A stretch of DNA of 63,952 bases, filler included, from Licmophora abbreviata (GCA_900291995.1; 8 parts of 8 records of this genome joined end to end with filler, not necessarily neighbours in it); one strand, 5' to 3'; positions 24,638 to 37,253 are shown, counted from the whole stretch's first letter. Translations and numbers: made by a program. The notes: generated from the sequence alone by a model not told the origin.

Positions 24638-27600
24638 ATGGCCAAGCGCAAGAACAAGGCCAAGCGGTCGATGGGAGCACTTCCCAAGGGTCTTCCTGGC
24701 AGAAAGAGGGGTCTACCTTCAGATGTGAATCCTTTCGAGACTCTGTCGAGGCAGAAGCGTCCGAAGCATGAAGTTCACAATCGTGGTACTTCGAAGTCTG
24801 CGACTCCACAGCCGTCTGCACTGGCCAAGAGTCTACAGCGCCGCCGGACACAGTTGAAGGAGACAATGAACCGGTCGAAGAAAGTCAATTCCTTCGTGGA
24901 TAGGCGGATTGGCGAGTACAGCTCATCCATGACTTCTGACGAGCAGATGCTCGCTCGTTTGGTACGAGAACGCAGCCGGCGGAGTACGCGCGTGTCGAAA
25001 TACAGTCTGGATGACAACGATCGAGATGAAGCGCCTGTTCTGACTCACAAGGTAAGAGGAGTCACGTTGCTTCTTTGAAAGAGTCTGGTGCGAACGAGGC
25101 AGTTTCTCACATTGTCATTGTGTCGACCTCTTTATACAGGGACGGGCTATCGATGACTTCAATGCCAAAGATCACGTTATGTTGTCAGATGACGAGGAAG
25201 ATGATAATGGCAACTTGGCTGCAGTCGACACTGAGCTCCATTTTGGTGGAGGATCGATGGGAAGAGCAAAGGGTGATGCGTACGGTCCGTCCTCCGAGAA
25301 TAACATGGCAGACGTGTACTCTCATCGCAAGACGGAACTTGATGACTTAATTGCGAGGCGAAAAGTCCTAAAGGCGGAGCGTATCAAGAGCAGAGAGAAT
25401 CAGACGGAAGCATTCGAGGCCATGGACGAGTCGTTTAAAGAATTGTCATCCATGTTGCAGTTTCGAGACAAAGAGAAAGATCGACGTGCGCGGGAAGAAG
25501 CCAAACGTAAGGGATCTGTATCGCAAGAGGAAAAGGAAATGGCCGAATGGGATAAGGAGATGAAGGAATACTTGTATGAACGTCGAGTGAAAGCTACCGA
25601 TAGGACAAAAACGCCTGAAGAGATTGCCAAGGAGGAATCAGAAAGGCTGCACGAACTCGAGACACGTCGCTTGGCACGAATGAGTGGCGACTTTGAGGAC
25701 GACGACTTTTCAGATATATCAGATGATGACGGTCCAGGCCACAAAGGCGAGAAACGCGAGAGAAAAAGACAAGGAAAACAACAAAGACATCGAAATCCGG
25801 ACGAGCTTGATAGTTCTGAGGATGAACATAAGGACGATGGCCCAAAGGCACAATTCACTGCAGAGGGTCTCGTGTACGTGGACAAGGACGGCAAAATTGT
25901 TGAGAATGCTGCCGACAAGGGAAGCTCGAGTGAAGAAGGCGACTCTGATGTAGAGGGCTCGGAAGACTTAAAGTCTGACGGACTATCGAGCAGTGATCAG
26001 TCTTCTTCAGATGAAGATGAGGGTATAAACAGTTCCATACTTTCGGTAGGGGACCGCGTGCAGGGAAACTATCGCATCAATGAGCAGTTTCAGGGACAAG
26101 ACGCATGGCATGATGGTGTCGTGTCGAAAGTGAACACAGTGGCCAACGGGTCCATCACCTATAATGTTGATTACAATGATGGCGATTTTGAGGAGGACAT
26201 GGAGCCCCAGAATGTACGACTGGTCGCGAAGTCTGAAGAAGAGAAGGAAAGGGAGGATAGCCAAAAGGACGAGGCAGTGCGCCTTAAACTCAAGCGTCAA
26301 AAAGCCCAAAAGAAAGCTAGGTACGTGTTGTTTGGAAGCGAAGTTGTCGATGGTACCGGTGCAAGCAATTTTCCGTCGTGCGCTTTGGGCCTATGCCTAT
26401 CTGCCTCACCAGCGACCGGGGAATCGTTGGCGTATTGCCTGTTCGGTTCTCTCGCGACAACCGCGCGCACCCACAAAAAGTCGACGTGCCTCATAGTACA
26501 CGCGAAAAGGTTTCAATTCCGTGTGTCTCCATGGTAGTCACATTCTCATGGTGCGTTATTTTACTATCCTTCTGTTGTAAAAGGCGAGAAATCCCATTTG
26601 TCTTCGAAGTTCCTACAACACTCGAAGCTTTACACGATATGATTGGAAACTACGCTTCGACGGGCGAAGATGCATCGTTGATTATAGAGCGTATTCACTC
26701 CTCCAACTCGGTTAGGTTGAACAAGAATAACAAGGAGAAGATGCAAAACTTTTATGACGTGTTGCTTCGCAGATTTATGGCAGTCGGAGACGCGATCTCC
26801 GCTTCCGGCGACGGAGGCACGACGCTTGGTCGATTCCAGCAACTCGATGCTTTGACCAAGACACTGTATAAAATGTCGCTAGATTCGCCCAATTGTGCCG
26901 GTGCTGTCTGGGGGAGACGCCTCGGAATTCTTCAGAACGCCCATGCAAAGCGATTGCGCGATGCCGCGTTTTCAGCGGAAGACGAGGATAACTTTACGGC
27001 TTGGCCTTCAACGGGAACTGTGTTGCTTCTCCGAGCTATGGGACACATATTTCCTGTCACGGATCATCGTCACATCGTTGTAACACCCGGCCTATTGCTC
27101 CTTGGACAAATTGTATCGCAGACTCCAATAAAATCACTTTCCGACATTGCCACGGGAGTCATTTGCAGCGGTATCATGATCCAATTCACCCGGGATGCGA
27201 AGCGTGTCGCCCCCGAAGCCCATGCATTTCTTGCGGATGCGCTTCGTCTCTTTTCTCCGCACAAGCGGTCCAGCAACAGGTTCCACGCGGTCCCAAGCCT
27301 CGAAGTGGCCTCGTCGACCTTACCTTACCTTCGTGCAGATGTGGCAGCTCTCGCCGGCGATGCCGAGATCCCGCGCTTGAGCTTGGAGAAGGCATTCATG
27401 GACGAGGACACCGCATCTGCTAGTGTTCTTTGTGCTGCGCTCCATTTAGTTGAGAAATCAGCTCAGACTCTTGGGGGGTCGCTGCAAAATGGAGAAGCCG
27501 AGGCTTATGCTGAAATTACGGAAAGTCTGCTTTGTTTAACGAGTAAGAAGAGTATCCTCCCGAAAGCTATTTCAGACAAGGTTGCCAGTGCAGCCACAGC

Positions 27601-28051
27601 CGTCTCCGATGCGTGCAAACTTGACCAGCCTCGTCAGCCACTGAGGAGACGGGCCGGACCATCTGCCAGTGAAAGGGCGATCAAGACTCTAGCACCCCGC
27701 ATAGAAGATCCATCACGATATTCCTTGTCCAAGGACAAGGGCAAGTCATCAGTCCAAACCGCCATGGATCGAACTCGCCGCGAGTACAAGCGCGAGCACA
27801 AGGCGGTTGCCCGTGAACTTCGACTGGATGGCGCTTTCATTGAATACGAGCGTCGCAGAGAAAAGGATCGCAAGGATACAAAGGCGCGTGAGAAGCGTCA
27901 CAAGAACTACGCCTGGCTGGAGGGCGAACAGGCAGTAATGAATCAACAAGTCGCACAAGGTGGGGGGCTGCTATCGGGTGGCGGAATGGGCGCCGCTCGA
28001 AACAAAGCTCGAAGCGGAAAGCTGGGAATCAAGAAGGGAGGAAAATTCTAG
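24638..28051 (+). CDS. NOP14: Nucleolar protein 14 (SSU processome). Exons ~24638-25051, 25140-26320, 26584-28051
   Basis: NPFE, NSFVDRRIGE, LTHK|G, HFGGG, ATDRTKTPEE, LETRRLARM, IPFVFEVP, NKEKMQNFY and REYKREHKAVARELRLD. Confidence 0.93.
26375..26545 (+). ncRNA. Candidate intronic box H/ACA snoRNA in NOP14 intron 2, predicted to guide pseudouridylation in LSU rRNA helix 69
   Basis: The 5' hairpin is closed by GTGCGC(26378)/GCGCAC(26465). H box ACAAAA at 26473-26478. The 3' hairpin has lower stem GAC(G)TGCC/GGTAGTC, pocket TCATAGT (26491-97) and CTCC (26527-30), and upper stem ACACGCG/CGTGTGT. ACA lies at 26540-42, 13 nt after the upper stem. The pocket is complementary to rRNA GGAG-U-A-ACUAUGA. 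Confidence 0.6.
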
Positions 28052-28185
28052 AGCAGAGCAATGGTTGTCGACGATTCTTATTTATAGGTTGTTTCCTTTT
28101 GAATCAACTACAGTAGATAATTTCTTGACCATGCTATTATGCTACGTGTTCTCCCCCGCATACAGACACTCAAACACGTTCACGT

Positions 28186-29799
28186 TTACTTTGCTCCGAT
28201 CGCCACCAAGAGCTTGTTGTTTTCGTCCAATAGCGACTTTTCCATCATACGATAGTCGTGCATCATGACGGCGATCTCTTCTTGTGTCTTTTGGTGTTCC
28301 TCTTCAATCTGCTGTTCTAGCGCCTTGACCTCCATCTCCCCTTGGTCGACACGAGCCATCCCATCACGATGATCCTTTTCAACGTTCAACAATTGCTGTT
28401 GGACGACTTCCAGCGAATCTCCAGCCGCATCCATCTTCACTTTATGCTGCTTGCGCACATGCACCAGTTTTTCTTCGGCACGATGCAAGGCACCCTCAGC
28501 CTCTCCCATATCAGCCTCGACGTCGGCCGTCTTCTTTCGAATGGCAGCCTGTTCCGACTGTGTAGACGCGATTTGGGATTTGACATGCGCCGCTTTTTGC
28601 GCCGTCTCCAATACTTGCTCGACCATGGTCGTCGTTTCAGGGACATCTTGGATGGCTTGCGTCACGTGCAGAATCTTGGTCTTGGTTTTCTGCAGTTTGT
28701 CTTCAAGCACCTTGATTTCCGCGCGCTCCTGCTCGAGTCTCAGAGCATGCTGCTCGAGTTCGTGCTTGCGACGATCCGGAGACGACACAATCTTGGCCGC
28801 CAGCTGCCGTTTCTCTTGCTCTGCCTCTTCCAGCGCCAGTTCGGCAGTCGCCACGTCATCCTTGAGATCATTGGCGTGCTTCTTGAGCTCGGTCGCTTCC
28901 TCCCGCATGCTCGCCTGAATCTTGTTGTGACGTGCAATCTCCACCTCGAGTTCTTCGCATTCGCGCTCGAGATCGTACATTTCTTGGAACTTGGTCGACG
29001 ACTCTTCCTTGGTCTGTTCGAGGGATGCTGTCTTTTGGGCATTTTCCCCGTATACTTCGGTCAAGGCTTCCGACAACAAGACGCGCTACAATGGAAAAGA
29101 GTGACAAGTGCGTTGAGGGTGAGACTTGTCAAGACGATCTACATACGACGACGACGACATCACCCCCACACGTACTTCACTGTTGAGTTCACTGTAAAAG
29201 CGCAAGTGCTCTTCTCGAAACTTGGCGAGATTGATGATTGCCGACAGCTGACATCGAAATCGCTTGGCCGTCGGTGCATGCAGATCTTTCCATCCAAAGT
29301 CGTGGAGTCCGCACGTTTCCATGCACTTGCGAAGCTCAATGTAAAACTTGAGATCACTCAAGTCCTCGTGGACCTCGGGGAACTTGAACTCGGAGGCCTG
29401 GGCTACCGCTTGAGGGGAAGGAGCAAAGTCGTCTTCTGTCAAACCACAGCAAACTTCGAGCTATGAAAAATTGAGAAGCGAGTGAGAGGAGAGTGGGATC
29501 GAACAGGCGAGCGATGGAGAAGGTCAGAAAACGGCATGAGAAAGCACAAGTGAGTCTTCTGTACAAGACACTATGGATAAGACCGAAAGGAGCAACAGCA
29601 CCATCGTTCTCTTAGTCTATGACACACGTACCAGCTTGACAAAGACCTTGCGAACACGCTCCTTGTGACGGTTCGGCTCGGCCAGTTCATTCTTCGTCAC
29701 ATCGATTTCCAGCTCGCTCATGCATTGTAGAATGTCCGAGTGTTTGAGAATGGGAAAGATAAACTGCGTCGGGGTCTGGGAATGCGTCGTTAAGTCCAT
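28186..29799 (-). CDS. NUF2: Kinetochore protein Nuf2 (Ndc80 complex), 3 exons
   Basis: [51 protein letters not shown], then a long coiled coil. Confidence 0.88.
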
Positions 29800-30144
29800 G
29801 GTGAAATCACTGTTTCGTTGTTGCCCTCTTTTTTTTTGTGGAACCTTGCTGTCATTGGTGCAATTCTTGATTTAAATGCTGTCCTCGACTTTTTTGCTAC
29901 GTAAGATGCAGTAGCGATTCTACGACCATCGTATACAACGACTTCTACTTGCTTCGGCTCAGTACCCAATCCTCATGGCCACGAAACCTTCAATTTTCCA
30001 AAGAACAATTCCAGTTTCAATTTCTCCATGTGCCGCGTCCTCATGGAGATCGCATCGCCTTACCATCGCAGCCCTTTTACAGCTACACTAGTTCACCCCC
30101 AAGCCGCTAAAGACGGATTCACATGAGCAATTTTTATATCAACC

Positions 30145-31173
30145 ATGTCTCCAGCCTTCTTTACCAAGAAACAAAAGACGCAGATGCGAAAGCGTCGACG
30201 AAAACACAAACTATTGACCAATGATGATGATGCTGATGGTGGCATCAGTCAGCAGGAATATCCTCCCACAAAGCGACTGCGTCAAGACAAGACCTCCGAG
30301 GGAACTCTTTCGCAGCAGCAACAACCAAAGACGATCACCATACCGGCGAACTTGTCTGGAAAAGCGTCGCGCAAGTTTCGAAAAGACGAGCGTCGGAGGA
30401 CGCGAGCCGCGGGTGGCGAGGAGAGTCTGTTGACGTTTGTCGTGGAAGGACAAGAAGACGATGGGAAGCCAGACGAGCAAATGCATATAAAGCAAAAGAA
30501 AAAGTCATTTCCTCGCATCAACGAGCTACTGCAGCAACAAAAGGAACAAGAACGTCTCGAGCAAGAACAGGAGAAGCGACGCGCGGCGGAGGCTCGCATA
30601 CCGGACGAAATAAAATCACGGTATATTGCACTCGATTGTGAAATGGTGGGCATTGGAGCCAATGGAAAGCAATCTGCGCTTGCGCGAGTCTCCATGGTGG
30701 ACTGGAATCTCGAGACAGTCCTTGACACCTTCGTCCAAGTGCCTTCCAAAGTGACAGACTTTCGAACCTTTGTCAGTGGTGTGCGTGCCGCGGATCTCAA
30801 GAACGCAATGGATGTCGTGCTTTGTCGGCAAAAAGTGTCTGACCTGTTGCGAAATAAGATTTTGGTGGGTCACGCCTTAAAGAATGATTTACAAGCGCTC
30901 CTCTTGCAGCATCCGAAACATGATATTCGAGATACAGCCAAGTACAGACCCTTTCAACGTTCGTCGGGACCGAATGGAGGGAAATGGCGGCCCCGCAAGT
31001 TGCGAGATTTGGTGAAAGAACACGTGGGCAAGTCGATTCAAGTCGAGGGCGAATCGCACGATTCCGTAGAGGATGCGCAGGCAACCATGGAGTTATTTCA
31101 TAGAGTGCGAGAGGTATGGGAGAAGGAATTGGAAGCCAAGCAGAAAAAGAAGAGCCGTAAAGGAAAGAAGTGA
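30145..31173 (+). CDS. REX4: RNA exonuclease 4 (DEDDh)
   Basis: YIALDCEMVG, LARVS, VTDFRTFVSG, ILVGHALKNDL, IRDTA and HDSVEDA, with a basic N-terminus. Confidence 0.92.
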   Translation: MSPAFFTKKQKTQMRKRRRKHKLLTNDDDADGGISQQEYPPTKRLRQDKTSEGTLSQQQQPKTITIPANLSGKASRKFRKDERRRTRAAGGEESLLTFVVEGQEDDGKPDEQMHIKQKKKSFPRINELLQQQKEQERLEQEQEKRRAAEARIPDEIKSRYIALDCEMVGIGANGKQSALARVSMVDWNLETVLDTFVQVPSKVTDFRTFVSGVRAADLKNAMDVVLCRQKVSDLLRNKILVGHALKNDLQALLLQHPKHDIRDTAKYRPFQRSSGPNGGKWRPRKLRDLVKEHVGKSIQVEGESHDSVEDAQATMELFHRVREVWEKELEAKQKKKSRKGKK

Positions 31174-31255
31174 ATCTTTCAAAAGCATGATAGCCATAAA
31201 GATAGCGTTATACACTTATTCTGTGACACTAGTCGATCAATCTACTGGGCCATGC

Positions 31256-34000
31256 TCACGCTGACGCGATCACCGCTTTCTGAACCGTTGAGCCTTCAAT
31301 CTCGTCTCTAGCCTCGCTCTCTTCCGCCAGTGATGTGCTCACGGTGGGACCTAACAGACTGAGGATCACTGGGAGAAGGATCAAGCCATGTCCGAGGCCA
31401 AGAGTTACAAGACCAATAAAGGAAACAAAGACCGTGTAGAAGATGTCGCTCGATGCAAAAGCAAGCGGCATTATTCCAAGAAAGGTACTGAATCCTCCCA
31501 AGAGTACTGATGCTCCGATCGTTGAGAGCATATCTTTTGCTTTTGCATCCCGCCCATCCTTTGTAGACTCGTAGTATCGTACAATCACGTGGATGACAAA
31601 GTCGACAAGCAAACCGATCGACATCACCAACGAGATATAACTGACTGCGATGCAATTAGGGGTAGACAAGGGCAGTCGCAAGTGAGGAACGTAGTCTCGG
31701 GACTAATCAAGATTATGCGAGTTGAACAGTCGATCGACAATGCAATCTCGACTTACCGGCGTTGATACTGATCCCAGCAATTTGCAGAACCCCCATGAGA
31801 TCGACGTACAGTACAGAGATCATTGGAAACACAAACAAGACTGCCGTCCAATGCGGAATAAAGAAAAATGAGACAACTGAGACAGCAGCGACGCCGACAA
31901 TCGTTGTGAATAGCAGCTCCTCCGCTGCGACTCGGTAAAACTCCCAAACGAAGTAGAGGTCGTCGAACGTAAAAAGAGCCCAGTCTTTCCGACCGACATT
32001 GGCGGGTTGTTCGCTTGATACCCGACGTTGGTTTTGCAGACCGTTGACCTGGTCTATAACAGCATCAATGTCCACCTGGTCCATGAACAACTTCGTGCGG
32101 GAGGCAGTAACGTTACCCTCTGCGTTTCGAACGATGTGTTCAGCGTATTCGGCGCCCAAAGATGGATCTGCCAGAAACCGATCCATTTGTTCTTCAAAAG
32201 AAAGATTCTTGACTCCGCTGTTGCTGTCGACAAATGCTCGGAAGTCAGGTAGCCACCATGCAACAGGGGGATCAGATATTTCGTTGAGCTCAACAAGCTG
32301 GTCGACATATGCCAGCATCTCATCCTGAACGTCTGGAGAAGACTGGTCGATATCACGAAAGTATACTCTCGGCGCAGCACCAGTCCTCTGGGTGAAATCC
32401 TGTATGCCATCCACGAATCGCGTGATGTACGAGTCGTCGGGTACGACCGAAGTGAAGTCGAATGCCCGCTCAAGCAGAGAAGCTCTCCATGTAAGAACAC
32501 AACACAAGGCTGCGAAAACCTACGAGCACAATTGCTTTCACCCACGGACGAAGGAGTCTCTCAGCGTACCATGCCATGACGCTATCAGAAATGTGTCTTT
32601 CTGCAACCTCTTCTTGCTCTTCATCTTCGTCCACTCGATTCTGAACCTTACTACAGCAGAAGACATCTCGTCGTTTCGCTTTGATCCTGCGTTCGTCGAG
32701 CACGACTAGCGCGGGGAAGAACGTGATCTGGTACACAAAGTCAATCAGAATCGCCGGAAACAGATAGAGACACAACCAATATACTGCTGGAATACTGCTA
32801 GTACAGCCGAGACCGAAGGCAAGAGTCGACGTGATCGTCGTCAACGCAATACTAGCCCCGACCTCGTCGATCGCTAGACGAATCCTCTCAACAGCATCCT
32901 TCTGGTAGTCAGTCCGTGCATATGCGCCCGAGATCAAGAAGGTGTCGTCAATGCCAACACCGAAAATTATGAATGGTGCCATCTGAACGCAAATAAGAGA
33001 TAAACGAGATGTGTGAGAGCGAGTGAGAGCCTATTCTTTTCCTGACGATTTACAACAGTAACAAAGATTCATTCAATCTTATCTAGTGCTCACCTGAGTC
33101 ATAGCAGTGAAGGGCACTCCAATCGTAAACAGCAGTCCATACGCAGTCATTATACTCAGAGCCACCGTGCAGACGGCGCCAAAGCCAAGCATGCTGCGCG
33201 AGTTGATCCAATCTCGTTTCCAAAAGACAATACCAACAAACGTTCCCATAATCATGAATATTATGGGCACCAGGGGGAGGTCGTTCACGATGCTGCGTTC
33301 GAATTCATCGGCGAAGGAGCGTTCCGCAAAGAACTCGACGCGAAAGATATTGGAGTCGTCCGCGTCCCATTCTTCCTGAAGAGCGAGCATTCGATCAATT
33401 GCATGTTTCTCAAAGGCCTTTGTAGGACCTTCTTCCGCTGGAAGTTCAATAAGGGCGAGATAGGCAAGTCCCGAAGACAGCAAGTCAGTGGCTTGGTCTC
33501 GTTCCGGGTACCCAATTGCAGATTTGGTGTCAATCTTGGTGCCATCCGGGTAGGTCGGCGTCGACAAGACGAATATCACTCTTTGATCACCAGTCAGCAC
33601 CACGCCAAACAGATTGCTATCATCCGCCATTTGTTCTTCAAACAACGTCGTGTTGTGATTCCAGAAGGCTGTCACTCCCGCCAGCCCACACGTTCCACCC
33701 GGCGCATACGTTGCACAGAGTTCTTCATAGCCGTCGGTGTTTCGAATCGTATCGTAGGCTGCAAACATGCGTCGGATCCCTTCTTCGCCCAGAACATTGG
33801 CACCGTCGGCATGAACGAGGAGATTAAAGAATCTCGGATTCCGTGTGAAGCCCGAGTCATGATTGATCCAGTCGCTGTGTCGCAGCGCCCTGCTCGTTTT
33901 GGGGGTCCACAAGACGTCCTCGTCGACATCGACATTGAAATTGGTAGCGAAGCCGATCGTCAACATGCTCAGACTCAAAAGAACGATGCTGATGACATAG
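31256..34000 (-). CDS. Patched/NPC1-like sterol-sensing-domain RND transporter, multi-exon; 5' end lost in a gap
   Basis: PFIIFGVGIDDTF, GASIALTTITSTLAF, YQITFF, SIGLLVDFVIH and GASVLLGGFSTFLG. Confidence 0.9.
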
Positions 34001-34222
34001 NNNNNNNNNNNNNNNNNNNNNNNNNNNNNNNNNNNNNNNNNNNNTTAATTAATTAANNNNNNNNNNNNNNNNNNNNNNNNNNNNNNNNNNNNNNNNNNNN
34101 CTTGGATCTCGCTCAAAGGACCTCATTTCTTGCATTGCTCATATCAGAACTCATCTGAAATGTTATGTTAAAGAATCATTGCAATCACTCAGGGCCTCAT
34201 CATAATCTCTCTATTTTCTAGA

Positions 34223-35182
34223 CTACAGCACTTGCAAGGACTGGGGAATATCACTCTTGGCTCCTTTTCTCTGTTGCTCGACGAGGTTCGCACCTTCGTA
34301 CGTGCCATCGTCCAGTTGCCAGCCTTCATTGGCAATGACTGCACAGTAGACGGACAAGCCAAACCACCCGTTATCCGCAAGCCATACGTCGATTGGGCCG
34401 ACCACAGGTAGGTTCTCCAGTAAACGAGCTGCTCCGGCTTTGGTGATTGCATAGGCATGGGTATGAAATCCATACGTGGGTTTGTATAGCTGAATAGTGA
34501 GGTCATCGTCTACTACTTTGAAACGAGGATGGGACCCACCGCTACGTATCTCTGGCTCCGCTGCGTGTTTGATATAGAGTCTCTCACCCCTCCCCGAGAA
34601 TCCAAGATAGAGCATGTCCCAGTCTTCGGGTAGCTCCTTCCATACCTTGACAAAGGCTGGTGCAAATCGGCTCCTTCCTCTCTTGGAAGTGAACATGGCG
34701 TCATCTTCTAGGATGAGCATGTTCTTGCTAATTCCAACATCATCATTATCGCTTTGACACAATACTAATTCTTTCCACAAGTCAATATGCGACAGAGCAC
34801 ATCCCACTTCCCCCGCCGTCATGATCTTATAGGGATTTCCGTCCGATGCGACTCGTTTGGAGTACCGCGCATTCTGCGTGGAATCCCATTGTCTCTGTAC
34901 ACAGCCGTCACCACACACATCCAAAAGGTTGAGCTTTCTTCCGTCTACAGCAGTTTTGCGTTGTATTGCTCGATAGAATGACGGTCCCACACGTTTCGCT
35001 TGTCGCTCAAACTGTGCCCACTTATCATGTCGATAATCTAAATTGATGCATCGAATGGATGAGAAGGCGGAGCACAACAGTGCGACGTCGTCGTCTGATG
35101 CTGATGCGGTTCTTAAAAATTGATTTGAAGAGGAAGACCCCTCCTGGCCTCGGCAACGACGATGAGGTGGAACATAAGCCAT
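34223..35182 (-). CDS. Glycosyltransferase family 25
   Basis: CINLDYRHDKW, AVDGRKL, GEVGCALSHIDLW, LILEDDA, DWDMLYLG, THAYAIT..GAARLL and PIDVWL. Confidence 0.88.
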   Translation of the reverse strand: MAYVPPHRRCRGQEGSSSSNQFLRTASASDDDVALLCSAFSSIRCINLDYRHDKWAQFERQAKRVGPSFYRAIQRKTAVDGRKLNLLDVCGDGCVQRQWDSTQNARYSKRVASDGNPYKIMTAGEVGCALSHIDLWKELVLCQSDNDDVGISKNMLILEDDAMFTSKRGRSRFAPAFVKVWKELPEDWDMLYLGFSGRGERLYIKHAAEPEIRSGGSHPRFKVVDDDLTIQLYKPTYGFHTHAYAITKAGAARLLENLPVVGPIDVWLADNGWFGLSVYCAVIANEGWQLDDGTYEGANLVEQQRKGAKSDIPQSLQVL

Positions 35183-35600
35183 GGATATCTTAAATCGTGC
35201 AAAAGGCAGCGGATGGTGTGTTTATGTCGTTGTCGATTGTCTTCTGATGATGAGATGCGAGAAGTGATGATGTTGCGATGCTTTTTCTGTTGAGATGGTC
35301 GATCCGTGCTCCATAAGTAGGAAACTGTCAATAGACTGACACCATCAATCTTACTTTCGTCATCACTCGAGCACCACTCACTCACACACACACATCATCG
35401 CGGCCTTTTGCGATGATGCCCTCGCTCCCCTTGTAAACGCCGCATGAGACTGCTTTTGCTTTATACCGCTTCAATGTTTCACTCTTCTTGACACCGACTC
35501 NNNNNNNNNNNNNNNNNNNNNNNNNNNNNNNNNNNNNNNNNNNNTTAATTAATTAANNNNNNNNNNNNNNNNNNNNNNNNNNNNNNNNNNNNNNNNNNNN

Positions 35601-36190
35601 TGTCGAGAGACGTCATCAATGCGGCAGTGGAACGACGTGGGATTTCGTGTACGCACGTCGACGCACTGCGCTACTTTGCTCCCGCCGCCGGACCGCTGAA
35701 CCATCATGGTGCCTCGCTCCGACGGACCGATCAGCTCCGATTGGAACAACCGGCGTGTGTCCATGCGCATATGGATTTGTTGAAAATGTGTCTGAAACTA
35801 CAGCCCTTTGTAGATTGTGTGTTGTTACAGAGAGTGTTGGATGTAGCGCTGCAGGCGCGACGGCTCGATGTGGCCGCCAGTCCGTACGATGTTAGGGCGT
35901 ACGGTGTAGATAGTATCGTGCCAGTCGAAACGTTGGAGGGACGAGCGCAGTACCGAGAGGAACAAGTGAGACTGATGGAACGTGCGGAGCCGGTGCGACG
36001 CGATTTGTTGGAAGCCTATGACTGCTTCTTGAACATGGCGTTTCGAGAGGAGTCTGCGAGCGATGATGGTGTGCGGCGGCACAATGGGGATGCCGACGAG
36101 GAGAGATATGCCAAGGCCGAGCCAGGTGGTCTACCGTGGAGACGAAATCTAGTTGCAGAGAAGCAGATGGATACAGCCTTGTACAGGTAG
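35601..36190 (+). CDS. Conserved hypothetical protein, C-terminal part (5' end in gap). Resembles an actinobacterial family often labelled '3-methyladenine DNA glycosylase'
   Basis: CTHVDALRYF, EQPACVHAHMDL, ARRLDVAASPYD and VETLEGRAQY; family recognised from memory. Confidence 0.55.
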
Positions 36191-36276
36191 TAGTAAAAGA
36201 CATGCGTATATTGCGGCTACAGCGTCTCGTACGCCAGCTCTCACACATCACGATAGCATTTTTGGTGTTGTTGATA

Positions 36277-36924
36277 CTACAAGATATCCGCGGGCTTGTG
36301 ACGTTTCGCTTCTTCCAATATTCGTTTCTTGTATGCATTGTGATCACGATTATAGACTTGTGTCGCCTGGTAGTTGGCAGGATCGTCAAAGTTAGGCGTG
36401 TCCAACAAGTCTTGAATGCCCATGAGAATCTGCTTGACCGTCACACCGGGAACGTAGTTTGCCCCAATGATGCTGAGGCAGATGTTTCCATTCGGGTACA
36501 CGTTGGGGTGAAAGATGGGAGGATGAAAGCGACACGTGGGTGCCACAGTGGGATAGTCGCCAGAGAAAGAAAGCTGAACTTTGTAGAGGCCACCTTCCCA
36601 GTCGGTCCCGTCCTTGCCCGGGATGGAACAGTCCCATTGAAACAAGTTGGTACTGCCATCGCCCCGGCTGCTTGGACGAGCTACAAATCCGATGGGATGG
36701 TCTTTGCGCCACTTTTTGCGTTCCTGCGTGTATACATAGTGTTAGATGGAACGAAAGAAGACTGTAAGAAGCTTTAACAGAACAAAGACACACAACGACT
36801 CGACCGATTGATTGCTCAATAATAAGCATCAGTAGCATCATGTACCGGCGGCGCGGTTCGTGGAATTTCAAAGCGTACTTACCTCCTTAAGACGCCCATT
36901 CGAAATCCCAGTAGACGCAGACAT
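36277..36924 (-). CDS. UBC9: SUMO-conjugating enzyme Ubc9 (intron 36724-36882)
   Basis: GRLKE|ERKKWRKDHPIGFVARP, WDCSIPGKDGTDWEGG and FHPNVYPNGNICLSI. Confidence 0.92.
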
Positions 36925-37253
36925 GACTTGAAAACAATCCTCACAGTACAGGAGACGAAGGCGTCGACAAGCCCAACGCCAGCAGTGCACTGACGGCAAA
37001 TGCAATGCTATGCGGCGCGGCTGTCAGTGATGGTGTGCTGATCGCGTCGCGTCGTCGCTAGGAGCTCGGACAAACAGCAAAAAGATGGCGCGCCATGAGA
37101 CACGCGTCTGTCTGTCATCACGACTGCAGACAAACGGAGCTGTCGTAGGTCAGATGAAGGTCTTCGCCATCATCTACCTGCTAACTTGAGCTCTCAAGGC
37201 GTCGATAGATGTTAATTATAAAAAGGCCAATGGATTTACACTGTTCCAGCATC

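Noticed and set aside
35245..35340. Possible C/D snoRNA (RTGATGA...CTGA) upstream of GT25; similar boxes at 16450-16546
   Set aside because: At most an 8-nt rRNA match and no terminal stem. TGA/TCA-rich tracts are common in these promoter and UTR regions.
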